A stretch of 43,188 nt of DNA from NCBI GenBank assembly GCA_001724265.1, contig MEDY01000336.1:1-43188 (forward strand), given 5' to 3'. Under the pieces are notes generated by a model. That model was given only the letters and a program-made list of their open reading frames with translations. It was not told the origin of the DNA and did no database searches. Source of the stretch: Rhizaria sp. SCN 62-66. Lineage: Eukaryota. Every line of letters begins with the position of its first letter. Position 1 is the first letter of the stretch. Shown here one piece after another: positions 1-10,603 of the stretch. The translations under genes and the position numbers were made by a program.

Positions 1-306
1 AATTAAAATGTTGTGCACGAACTCAAACACAATTTTACGACATACCTATCAAGATTTCGTCAATAACAGCAAACGGCCCAATTCGCGACCCCCGTGTCAT
101 CAGACTTTTCTGCAGTTCAGCTTCGACTCGCGTCAAAGGGCTAGTCTCATTAAAACGACGCATATCGTCTTATAAAACCATTAGTATTATTGTTTCAACG
201 TTGATGTGTATTTGAACCAGTCAATTCGGCCACATAACATAGTATATTTTCCTGAATATGCAACTCTTGCTGATATATCAGGGATGAGGTGCATAAGCAT
301 CAGAGC

Positions 307-1479
307 TCAGATCTCCTCGCCTGGGAAGAGCTCCCTAAGCATCTCCTGCTCGTCCTCGGCGGTCCCGTCGCCGACCTCTAGGTCTTCTGCGCCCAGCTCA
401 AAGTCGGCCAGGTCGATCTCCAGGTCCGCCGACTCAAAGATGTGCTTCAGCAGCCCGGGGGTGATTCGGGGTGTGTTGACCGGCGCCGTCGACAGGTGGC
501 GCTGCTCGGCAGGCTTGCTCAGCTCCCAGTGGCCTGTGGCCTCGCTCAGCCCCAGCGCGGGGTCCAGCGCCACGGCCGCGCCCAGCGCCGGCTGCTGGTG
601 CATCAGGTACCGCATCCGCACAGTCGTCGACTCGCGGTAGCCCTCGTGACTGCTTGGATTACCACTTCCACCACTGCCGCTGCCAATAGCAGTGGCCTGC
701 GCGTTCACGGTAGCGACGGGCGCGCTGATGACGGCCAGCGGGGTGCCGGCCAGCAAGTCACTGGCATTGGCCTCCACGCCGGTACCGCTGACGCTGTCGG
801 CGTCGCCCGCGTCGGCGGTCGCGGTAGCGTAGGCGGCGGCAGCGGCAGTGGCGGTGGCGGTGGTGGCGGTGGCGCGGGGAACCGCGTCGATCTCGTCTGC
901 GTATACCTCGGGATCGTCGGCATAAAGCAGCGCGTCAATGGGCGTAGCGTGGCGCAACACCGTCGCGCAGGCGAGCACGGCCGTGTCGGTGGACATCTGC
1001 CGCGGGCCCAGGTGGCGCACCGCGAAGCCCAGCCCGCGGAGGTGGCCGCCGCGGTCGCGCGGGGGGTGGTCGCCCAGGATTCCGCCCACAATGATGTACG
1101 CAAACTGCGCCAGGTCCGCGGGCGCGAGCGGGCCCGTGCCCTGCTCGTCCAGGAAGCAGATGCGCGACTCGCCCGTGGGGCCGCCCGCGGGGAGCGCCCG
1201 CGCCAGGCCCTGCAGCGCGGCGTTGGCGACGGCGCCCGTGTTGTCCGCGGTGAGCGCGGCCGCGTCGGAGAGGAACTCGGTGAGTGACTTAGAGGTCAGC
1301 GCGGCGCATTCACGGAAAGCGGCGGGAAGGTTTGCCTGGTGCTGCGGGGAGATGTTTGTGATGATGAGGCGCTGCGGCGTCACAACGCGGAGGATGTTCT
1401 GATACTCGATGGAGCACCAAAAGTCTTTGGAAAACTCTTCTTCAATGTGCTCAATGATAAAGTAAGGGAAATTCGACAT
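307..1479 (-). CDS. SFM1: SFM1-like SPOUT-family SAM-dependent methyltransferase (about 390 aa, single exon)
   Basis: ATG at 1479 (MSNFPYFIIEHIEEE..WCSIEY). Motifs ICFLD, IIVGGILGDHPPRDR and RHLGPRQMSTDTAV match the Sfm1/RNA_Me_trans family. Ends TGA at 309-307. Confidence 0.85.
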   Translation of the reverse strand: MSNFPYFIIEHIEEEFSKDFWCSIEYQNILRVVTPQRLIITNISPQHQANLPAAFRECAALTSKSLTEFLSDAAALTADNTGAVANAALQGLARALPAGGPTGESRICFLDEQGTGPLAPADLAQFAYIIVGGILGDHPPRDRGGHLRGLGFAVRHLGPRQMSTDTAVLACATVLRHATPIDALLYADDPEVYADEIDAVPRATATTATATAAAAAYATATADAGDADSVSGTGVEANASDLLAGTPLAVISAPVATVNAQATAIGSGSGGSGNPSSHEGYRESTTVRMRYLMHQQPALGAAVALDPALGLSEATGHWELSKPAEQRHLSTAPVNTPRITPGLLKHIFESADLEIDLADFELGAEDLEVGDGTAEDEQEMLRELFPGEEI

Positions 1480-2524
1480 TGGCTGTGGATTGAAAAGAAC
1501 AAAAAGCGCCCTTTTTCTACTTTGAAGTCTGTTCAAGTCAAGAAAACAAGTGGGCAAACACGATAAAACGAAACATTGGTTGATGAGCTTGTTGTCCCAG
1601 TTGCCACTTTAGCCGACGGTCCATCCCACGCCCCAGCCTACATTCATGGACATTGCAAAATCAAAATAAGAAACTAAAACACATGGATAATAACTTAATA
1701 CAACAATATCGCGAGAGAACGGAGATACATGCTCCAGTCTCACTTTGCCGGGGACCTCCTCGCTCGCCCAGCCTGGCGACAACCACGAGGCTGCCACTGC
1801 ACCGACCGCAATCTCTATGATTGTGCGAAAAACTAAAGTGCGAGTTAAAACACAAGAATCTTCGGGAAAAAATGCAAATAATAGCAAAAAGTTGTTATAG
1901 TGTATTCGAAAACAAAATTGAAAACTGTCATACATGCGTGCTATATATGTATAAATATGCATGAGTTCTAGTGCTCTTTAGCTAAAGAGCGAGCCATAAA
2001 TAATGATTATGGTTCATCCAACCAGACAAAACGGCGAGCATATGACTATATAACGCAAAAATGGACTCCATGGCAAGTCCACATAAGTATCACACCTGCA
2101 GATGTGCGACGAGTTTCAAGACTGAAGTCGAACTGACACGCGGGTGATATGCAATCACAATGTTGGCAGTCAAGCAACGAAAGACTTAACAAACAAAATA
2201 ATGCATGCAAAAGTACCAGAATAGACATGAATCGCAATCACTAAGACATTTGCCGGTGCTTAAACAATGATTACGCTGCCTATGCACCGTGGTACAGGCG
2301 GTTCGCTTCACTGATTGTGAATTGCAAGCGAGGCTTTAGCTTAGAAAGTACCAGGTGCCTATGATATGAAGATACGTGTACATGGATATGATAAATTATA
2401 AGCAGTTTGTATAAATTGGCATTTGAATTTCCAGTGTGTAAATCATAATGATATATTTCATTCGCTTCGCGCACTGGCCCTCGCACAGATCGACATACTA
2501 TCACGTCTCACAAGCTTCTCTCCT

Positions 2525-5391
2525 TCAGGCCCTGAGCGCCGCGCGCCCGGCCGCCTTCGCGTCCGCGACAAGGTCGTCAACGCCCTTGCCCGCGACGGGG
2601 CGGTACCCCAGCACCTCGACGGCCTTGTCAACGTCGAAGGTGAGCGTGCGCGTGCCGTCCTCGACCTCGCCCGCCGAGAGGTGCAGCGGCCACGGCGCGC
2701 GCGCGCGGCCCGTCACGGCGCGCACGGCGTGCCCCGCGTAGGCCAGCGGCAGCAGCAGGTGGTTGTAGACGTGGTAGCCGTCCCAGAGGCTCGGCAGTGC
2801 CAAGGCACCGCGCAGCCGCTCCGCCAGGTCCCACGGGTACTGCGCCGCCGCGTCCGACACGACGGTGTAGGCCGCGCTGTCGCGCAGCGCCAGCAGCGTG
2901 TCCACAAAGCTCTCGTCGTCAAAGGCCGCGTTGTCCGTGCCGTCGGCGTTGTTGGCCGCTTCCAGGGGGCTCGGGATCACCGCCGCAGCGGTCGCAGTCG
3001 ACTTCTTAGAGGTCTTGACGGTCTTGGCATCAGTGCTGTTGCCGCTGTTGTTGCTGTTGGCGAGCACGGGGGCCTTGCCGTGCTTGGCGGCGCGCGCGGC
3101 AGCGAGGATGAGCGCGTGCACGGCGTTGTCGGCGTGCGTCACGGACTGCACGTTGGCGCCGCTCGACATGATGTGGCCGCCCATCGCGCGCGCGGCGCCC
3201 AGCAGCCGCCTGCGCGGGGCGAGCGGAGGCAAAGTGCAAAGAAAAGAGGATAACAGCTTGTTGTGAGGGATGCGTGATTCTATGATGAGGCAAAAAAAGT
3301 ACTACGCAAGATAATGCAGAGTGATACACAAGGATAATACATTTCAAAGTCACATACCTCGCGAGCGCCTTGTCGGCGGGGCCGGCGCCGTAGACGTTTG
3401 GCGCGGCGACGACGGCAGCGGTGAGCGCGCTCTTGGCGGCGGGCTTGAGGTTCTCGGAGAGCACGCGCACCTCGGCCATGAGCTGCGCACCGGCGGCCTC
3501 GCCGACCGAGGGCCCGCGGCCCGCCGAGGCGTGGTGCAGCAGCGCCGCCGCCGTCTCGGTCGCCGCGGATACGTCGGGCGCCAGGAACGAGCCCTCGCAG
3601 TGCGCCGCCGCGAAGGGGTCAGTCAGCGCCACAAACGCAATCAGCGGAGCCGCACTCGCGTCAGCGTTGGCACTCCCCGTGGCAGCAGCAGCGTCGGCAG
3701 CGGACGCGGCGGCGGCGGCGAGGAGGCCCTCGGCGGCGCGCACGGTGGCGGCGGCGCGAGAGCCGTGTGAGCGGAGGTGCGGCGGCGTGAGGACCGGGGA
3801 CCGGAGCACGCGCTGCGCGGCGGCGTCGGCGTAGGCGCGCGCGTCCCCGTCGCCCGCATCCACGGGCGACGTGTAGCACGCGTCGTGCTCCTGCTCCTCC
3901 GCGGCCTCCGCCTCGGCTTCGGCAGCAGCGGTCGCGGCGTCGGCCGCGTCCACGATACCGAGATTGTAGTACGAGTACTGCTGCTGCTGGGCCAGGAAGA
4001 ACACTGCCGTGACACCGTTGCGCACGAGAGCGGCCTTGAGCGCGTCAAAAGCAGGCCCACTGGCGTCGGCCGCCGCGGCAGGGTCCACGACCGCCGTCGC
4101 CGTCGCGGTAGCCGCGGCGCGCGGCAGCGCCCCCGCGCGCGCGGCCTCGGCGACGGCCTCGGCGGCCGCGGGCGACGGCACCAGTGCCGTTACGTGTGCC
4201 GCGCCGCGCGCGTGGAGCGCGGCCACCAGGCGCAGGCCCAGCGGCGTGTGTGCGGGGAACACGGCGCAAGACGCGGGCGCGTCGCGCAGCGCGGCCAGCG
4301 CCGCGGGCGAGATGCCGCCAGCGGCGCTGTCGGTGTCGTTAGTGTTGCCGAGCGCGCAGCTGGCCTTGGCGGCGAGGGCGGGGTTGAGCGCCTTGGTGGG
4401 GTACACGGGGAGGCGGTAGGGGCCACCGCCATCAGCAGTGGGCTGCCCGGGGGCGATCTTGACCGGGACCCACTCGTAAAATGTCTTGAAAAGCTACAAA
4501 CAAGAAGACAAGTAAAACGAAGAAGTCAAACAATTCAGAGTGTAGATGAGATGCTAGAATGAGCGTTCAAGTAAGCGCGGAAAGTTATCGACGCAGGTAA
4601 CGAGTAATAGCAGCCCTAATTTCGTCATTTCAGGCGGCAATGCCAATTCAAGCCGTCCGTACCTGATCCCAGACCTGTGTGTACTGCCCGTAGTTGCCCT
4701 TAAGCATCTTGTGGTGTGTGTCGTGGTCCTTGACGCAGAACAGCGTCACGGGGCCCAGCCGCACGTCGATGTCGAAGCGCGTGTGCGACAGCGAGGCCAT
4801 GATGCCGCCCAGCGAGATGAAGGCGACGGCCGTGGCCATGTGGCAGCCGACGGAGAGCGCGACAAGGTGCACGGCGAGCAGGTGGAGGTACTCGCCCACC
4901 ACGAACTCGAACGGGTGCGTGTTGACAGCGTCGTCGTGCCCGTGCACCGGAGCGGCCTCGCGGTGGTGGTGCTTGTGGATAAGCGCGTAGAGAGCGTTGA
5001 TGTGCAGCGCGCGGTGGAACATCGAGTACGGCAGGTCGTAGACGACGTAGAGCAGCGGGAAAGCAATAAGCGTGTTGAGCACCGTGAGCTCCGACGCCAG
5101 GCGCGGCATCGACGCGGAGTAGTAGCAGTAGTGCGCAAGATGGTAGGAGAAGCCCACTGTGGCGGCCTTGTTGAAAGCGATGAAGGCGTAGTCCTTCCAG
5201 CCGCGCTTCCACAGCGCCTGGCCTCCAGCGGGCACGCGGGGACGGATGTGGTTCTCAAACATCCAGAACACACCCCAGTTCAAGGCCTCAATCGCCGCGA
5301 ACATCAGCGCCGCAAAGATGATAAACTCGAGAAGAGACCAGTCTCGCGCGGAGCGGAAAAAGAAAAGCACACCAGCAGCGTTGGCGAGCAT
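2525..5391 (-). CDS. Fusion: sterol desaturase/fatty-acid hydroxylase plus degenerate 3-beta-HSD (NSDHL/ERG26-like) domain; exons 5391-4663, 4493-3358, 3209-2525; about 849 aa
   Basis: His boxes HRALH, HKHHH, HPFE, HDTHH. Splicing restores the family end GNYGQYTQVWDQ|LFKTF. The frame continues through extended-SDR-like segments (LGLRLVAALHARG, GVTAVFFLA, PNVYGAGPAD, GANVQSVTHADNAVHALILAA, TFDVDKAVEVLGYRP). Both introns are GT-AG and frame-consistent. Ends TGA. Confidence 0.8.
3210..3357 (-). other. Spliceosomal intron (148 nt)
   Basis: GTATGT...CCCCGCGCAG, AT-richer than its flanks; joins KALAR|RLLG in frame. Confidence 0.8.
4494..4662 (-). other. Spliceosomal intron (169 nt)
   Basis: GTACGG...TTTGTAG; removal gives WDQ|LFKTF, equivalent to the WDxLFGT motif. 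Confidence 0.85.
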
Positions 5392-5966
5392 TTCGGGGCG
5401 CTGCGCGAAAATGCGACGAGGGTGAGCAGTGGGTGTTGTGTGAAGTTATCCAAGTCAGTCGCTAGGAAGAAAACTATGATATTTTGTGGTATAATTTTAA
5501 AAAACCTAGGTTATATCAGATATAGTAACTGAATACCGGCGCACACGTGCAATAACGGTGTGTACACACGTGTACATTCGAAGTTCTAATTGCGACGGGC
5601 AGAGCCATCGTCTGGTTTTGACCGAAAAGTTAGAAAACAAGCGTTGCTTAAGCTGGACAAACAGCACTGGCTGCGCCAAATCCGAAGATTATCCACACAT
5701 TCACGCGGTTGACCCCTGAGTTCCGTTTATCCAGCAAATTAAAAGTGTACGAACTCCGCGAATCCTTTAACCTATTTCTTATCAGCGTCTGTTTACCCAG
5801 CTCTAAATTAATGTTTGACGAGCTGTATGAAGTACCCGCAGTACTTTGTTAACGAGATCCATATAAGTCACTTGTTAATTTAAGCATTAATAACATTATT
5901 TAAGCTTTAATAGCTACGATGTTTCAATATTTTATGTGTTGTTTCAATCTTCAGCATATCCTATCA

Positions 5967-7091
5967 TTACCGACGCCGACCACCACTTGCGTCACCGGTG
6001 CGAGAGCCAGAGCCTGAGCCCAGTAAGCCCGAGCGGCCCGCCGCCGCGGCTGTGGCTGCAGCGGCCGTGGCGGCCTCCTCAGTCAGTCCGCCGCGAACCA
6101 GCTCCGACACCGACGACGTCGCGGGCGCCCCCGGGTCGATCACACGGCCGTGCTCGTGCCCGCCCTCACGGCCGCGGCCACTGCCGCTGTCGCCGCGACT
6201 GCGCGTGTCTGTGTGCGTGGGAACGTGGGCTCTAGATGGACTGGGGCGCGTGTTCATTGCCAGCGCAGCGCCGCGCTCACGGTCACTTAGCCCACGGTCA
6301 CTCAGCGCAGGGTTAGTGAGATCACGGTCACTGAGGTTAAGGTCGCTGCTGCGAAGGCGCTCGCTACCGCTGTGGACACGCCCACGCTCGCTGCGGTCAC
6401 GCTCGCTGCGGTCACGCTCGGTACGGCCACGCTCGGTACGGTCACGCTCGCGATCATTGGTGTCACGCTCGCGGCTAGGGCTTAGCCGGCGGTCGCGGCT
6501 GCGCTCACCGCCTCGCAACTCGAGGTCGCTGCGCCCGCGGTCGCGGAGGCGCTCACCGGCACTGATGGCGCCAGTGTGCGCGGCGGCGTTGGCGTTGATG
6601 TTGGTGTGCGCGGGAGACTCGGCGCGCGCGGAGTGCACAAACGTAGTCGGCGTAATCACAAAGTTAGATGCCGCGTCGTCGCTGTCATCGCTGTCGCGAA
6701 CAGGAGATGTGCGAGTTGCATCGTCGATGCTTCTGTCGGTGAGCGCGTGCGTGTCAGTGCTTGTGAGGTCGGGGTTGGCGAAGATGATGTCGACGCTGTT
6801 GTTGCTGTTGTCATTTGCAGCGGCAGCAGCCGCAGCATCGTTGCGTAAAGCTGTGCCGCCGCTAGCGTCACTGTTTGCATGCACGCGGCTATGCGTGTGC
6901 GAGCTAGTGCTTGCTGCAGCGTCACTGTCCGCGCCTCCGTCGTCGACGGTGACTGTGGGCCGCGTCACAGTCACGCCGCCAGCGCTGCTGCCGCTGCCGC
7001 CGCTGCTCGCAGGCACCGGCGTTATGCGGGCTTCTGGGGCTGATGTCGGAGCTGCAGTGCCACCGGCGTTCGCTGCAGCGCCAGCGCCACC

Positions 7092-7132
<41 letters not shown>

Positions 7133-8069
7133 AAGCATCAGAGACAGGAACGGGAGCGGGGACGATGGGAACAGGCACCGGTGCAGCAGCAGCTGCAGCG
7201 GCGGCGACTCGGTTTGCCTTTAGCTGCTTGTCATGAGCCTCCGCAGCGGCCTTCTGCTTGATCTGATCGCGCTTCTTGGCCGCGGCGATGGCATTAGCGC
7301 GCGCGTCCTTACAGGTCAAATGGGCATATAAGATATCACAATAAGACAAATTGTAGTCGTGAAAAATATCAAAAAGACATATTACTGTTATTGCATCCTT
7401 TCAAAACAAAAATTAATCATGGGCAGTACAGTATCCCGAAATTATTGCTCACGTTTAGAATACGCGAGTCATCGATTGGTCTCAGGCACGTACCTCGGCC
7501 TGCTCAAAGCTGACCGCAATTGACACAATCGCAATGATTAGCAACACGGCCACAATGAATAGCAGCGCGATGCCCCAGACCCAGCGCCTGCGCCGGGGCG
7601 CGAACATGGAGCTGCCGCCGCTCGGTGCCGCGGCGACGCTGAGCGAGCCGGGCGAGGGCACACGCATCGTCCCGTGGCCCTGCCCCGCCGCGTCCACGCC
7701 GGGAGTTGGGTACGGGAACGCGGCGCCGCTGCCACCCGCGCCGGCCGCGGCCGCACCCTTGCTGGTGGAGGGAATCGTGTTGGTGTAGTGGTGCTGCGTC
7801 GCGGGCGTCAGCGGCAGGGACCCGCCGAGCGTCGTGGGGGCCAGGCCCGAGAGCGAGGTGTTGGCCTCCAGCTCGGACATGTCGGGCACGCGCTCGTAAC
7901 GCCGGGTGCTGGGAGGCACGTTCGCGGTCGACAGGCTGGAGCTTGCGCCGTTCGGAGGGAACGGGGAGGACTCGTGGTATGCCCCGCCGCGAGCGAAGAT
8001 GGGCTGAGAAGACACGCCCGAAGAGCCACTGCCGCGCGGGGACGGCAAGCGGGGGTCGCGAGACGTCAT
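5967..8069 (-). CDS. Uncharacterised single-pass (probably type II) membrane protein; exons 8069-7494 and 7307-5967; about 638 aa
   Basis: ATG at 8069. RRRRWVWGIALLFIVAVLLIIAIVSIAVSF signal anchor. Phase-0 intron joins EQAE|DARANA. Low-complexity tail with AP and ER(D/G)R(S/T) repeats. Ends TAA. Confidence 0.7.
6383..6450. repeat. Coding 15-bp tandem repeat (about 4.5 copies of cacgctcgSTRcggY)
   Basis: Units start at 6383, 6398, 6413, 6428 and 6443; encode ERDRT/ERGRT/ERDRS on the minus strand. Confidence 0.85.
7093..7134. repeat. (GCAGGA)x6 plus one imperfect unit, encoding an Ala-Pro repeat
   Basis: Directly visible; APAPAPAPAPAPA in the minus-strand protein. Confidence 0.9.
7308..7493 (-). 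other. Spliceosomal intron (186 nt)
   Basis: GTACGT...CTGTAAG, AT-rich, phase 0. Confidence 0.75.
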
Positions 8070-8766
8070 GGCGTCTGTTATTCAAAATTGGTTCACAAGA
8101 GGTTGATGAGTGAGAGGATGCTAGAGATGTGTTTGAGGCAAGGAGGACGTAAACAATTTGGGGCAGATGCGTCGCTAGGTTCCAGAAGAGTTGAGATAAA
8201 AATGTTAATCTATGACATAATTCAAGTTTTTACTTGTATATTTGCAATTGATTCACACTTGAACAACGACTATCTGTTCCGCTCTATCTCCGGGAAGAAG
8301 GCGTGGCGGAATTCTTACGACTTGAAAACGACCGACCGCAGAAGCGGCCAACGAGTCTGGCAGCCGACGGGGCTACACAACCGAGCGAGGGGAAAAACGC
8401 AGGAGATTAGCGGCGGGTGAAACACCGATGTGTAGGACTGCACGCGCGAGTTTCGGTTGTTTTCTGGTCGGAGTTGTTTGAATAGTTAATTACAATATGC
8501 GTATCACTTGTTTTGGTCTTGCTCACGAGGTCGGCTTGCCAACGCGCCGCTCCCTTGCTCGCGCTGCATATCGTTCCGGTAGACCCGCATTTGGACTGGA
8601 AAGTCTTGCTTGAATTGATGCGCCATGAATTTCTTGTAAAGGTACAGTGGTATAGTATATTAAAATTGTGGTTTCGGTTCATCACTCATCAGTCCCACTT
8701 CATGACACCCTATTACCTGTTTCCCCCTCCCGTTGTTGCACTCGGTGCTTTTCAGCGGCTCTCCCG

Positions 8767-9396
8767 ATGTCGTCCTCCGCCACGGCCGCGTCCCCGGTGT
8801 CTCTGGCCTTCGACCAGAACGCTCTGTTGTCCATTATCCGCGGTTTCCGCAACGGTGTTATTTACGGCTTTAAGATCCGTCTCCCGCACGCCTTCGTGAT
8901 GACGATGCTGTTCCGCGACGGCCCGCTTTACGACAAGCTCGAGGCCATCTTCCGCGCGACGTACCAGCACTCCAAGAACCTCGGTCTCTACGTCGCCGCG
9001 TTTAAGCTTGCGCGCGCGCTGCTGCGCCACTTCCGCGGCAAGGAGGACCACTGGAACACGACGCTGGCCGGCGCGGTGGGCGGCGCGGTCATGTTCGGCA
9101 CCAACGACCCCATCACGAGCCAGATCAACATGTACGTCATGTCGCGCGTCATCTTCGGCATCGGCCGCACGGCCACCAACAAGGGCCTCGTGACCTACCA
9201 TCCGGCTATGTTCACCGCCTTCGGCGCCTCGGTCTGGGCGCTGGTGATGTACCTGTTCTTCTTCCAGCCTGGGACGCTGCAGTCGTCGCTCATCGCCTCG
9301 ATGCAGTACCTCTATAAGGACTCTGACTACTTCCCCCAGGGCGTCAAGAACGCCTGGGCTTGGCTCACCACCTCCGCCGCCGCGCCCAAGCTCTAA
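8767..9396 (+). CDS. PXMP4: Peroxisomal membrane protein 4 (PMP24, Tim17/22/23 family), about 209 aa
   Basis: IRGFRNGVIYGFKIRLPHAFVMTMLF, ATYQHSKNLG, LAGAVGGAVMFG, QINMYVMSR and TLQSSLIASMQYLY match PXMP4. First ATG is at 8767. Ends TAA. Confidence 0.92.
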   Translation: MSSSATAASPVSLAFDQNALLSIIRGFRNGVIYGFKIRLPHAFVMTMLFRDGPLYDKLEAIFRATYQHSKNLGLYVAAFKLARALLRHFRGKEDHWNTTLAGAVGGAVMFGTNDPITSQINMYVMSRVIFGIGRTATNKGLVTYHPAMFTAFGASVWALVMYLFFFQPGTLQSSLIASMQYLYKDSDYFPQGVKNAWAWLTTSAAAPKL

Positions 9397-10376
9397 AGCC
9401 GCTGTCCGCCGTTGCCAGTCGGCTATCGGGTGACGTAAATTGTCTCAGTTTCCCACACAATACCTCTGTAACACTGCGCGCTGCGTGGTGCGGTGTGACG
9501 CGGACTCGACAACGTCTATGTATGTATCTAAGTTAAATAGTTCTTTTATAAGTAATTATGTTTTTGTTTTGTTGTGATAATCTGCGCTCTTCATTGACGC
9601 GCTATGTATTTTGATTGATTGTGTTGATGCTCACACTCTGCGGCGGTAGAGAAGCTGGCAGAGAGAGCGCACGTTGTTGTGACTCAACAACACGGTGCAA
9701 TAAAAGCTTTTTATTTCACACCATATTGCTCTTACCGGCATCTTCCTAATCGAATCGTGAGATATAGCTTCGCTTCGCAACTGAAACGTGACATAAGCGC
9801 AGCCTGTGGTTCGGTTGGAAGAGGGGACCGAAAAAATCGGGCTGGCATCAGGCTAGACACGCGTCCTTCTTGCAAATCAGCATGATACACATGGCTCCTG
9901 GGCTTCAGTGAATATTTTCTTTTTAGAAGTGTACTCCCTGCCTTATTTTGCTGGTGGTCAGAGAGACAAGTCACCCGGCCACGGTCATAGAGCACAGCAC
10001 AGCCTTGCTTTGTACTCCGCCTCGTATCTGGCCACCAGCATCCCTCTCATCCCCAGCCACGAGGCAGCTCCCGGCCCGCGCCATCGCCGCAAATACCTCT
10101 CACGCACGGTGTCCGGGTACAACTGTGCTAATCCTCTCTAAATTGCGTTTCTTTATGCCATCATGCCCCATTTTTGCGACGATTTATCGCGTCTTCGTCG
10201 TTCACCTCAAAAAAAGGATTGAAACCACACTCGTGCCTGCCGGCCTCGCGCCGGCCGCCTGCACGCGCCACGCGCAGCTCCCTTTCTGCTGCTTTGCCCG
10301 TCATCGTTGCCACACACTCACCCTCTCTCCTTGCATCCCGTTCTCTTCCCCTGCAGACCCCGTTTTCGTTTCCGCT

Positions 10377-10399
10377 CCCCCCCCCCCCCCCCCCCCCCC
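10377..10399 (+). repeat. C23 homopolymer in a pyrimidine-rich region upstream of the RhoGAP gene
   Basis: Directly visible run of 23 C. Confidence 0.9.
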
Positions 10400-10603
10400 G
10401 TTCCTCACCGCCTCTCGCTCGCCTCGCTTACCTCAGCGCCCCTCGAGTCCGTCGGCCTGCCCGCGCGCGCGCCCGCCCCTTCCCTTACCTCCGCGGCCTT
10501 CCCACACCCAATTCAGCTCTCCGCGCTCCCCTCGTTCTTTCTCGCTCTCCAGCTGCTCACTTGAAGCGCAGCCCCCCTCCCTCCCCACTTCTCCTCGCTC
10601 ACA

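Noticed and set aside
8668-8766. Upstream GTG/TTG start extensions in the ORF track (also 1557 for SFM1)
   Set aside because: Eukaryotic locus; the extensions are pyrimidine-rich leader sequence, and homology begins after the first ATG.
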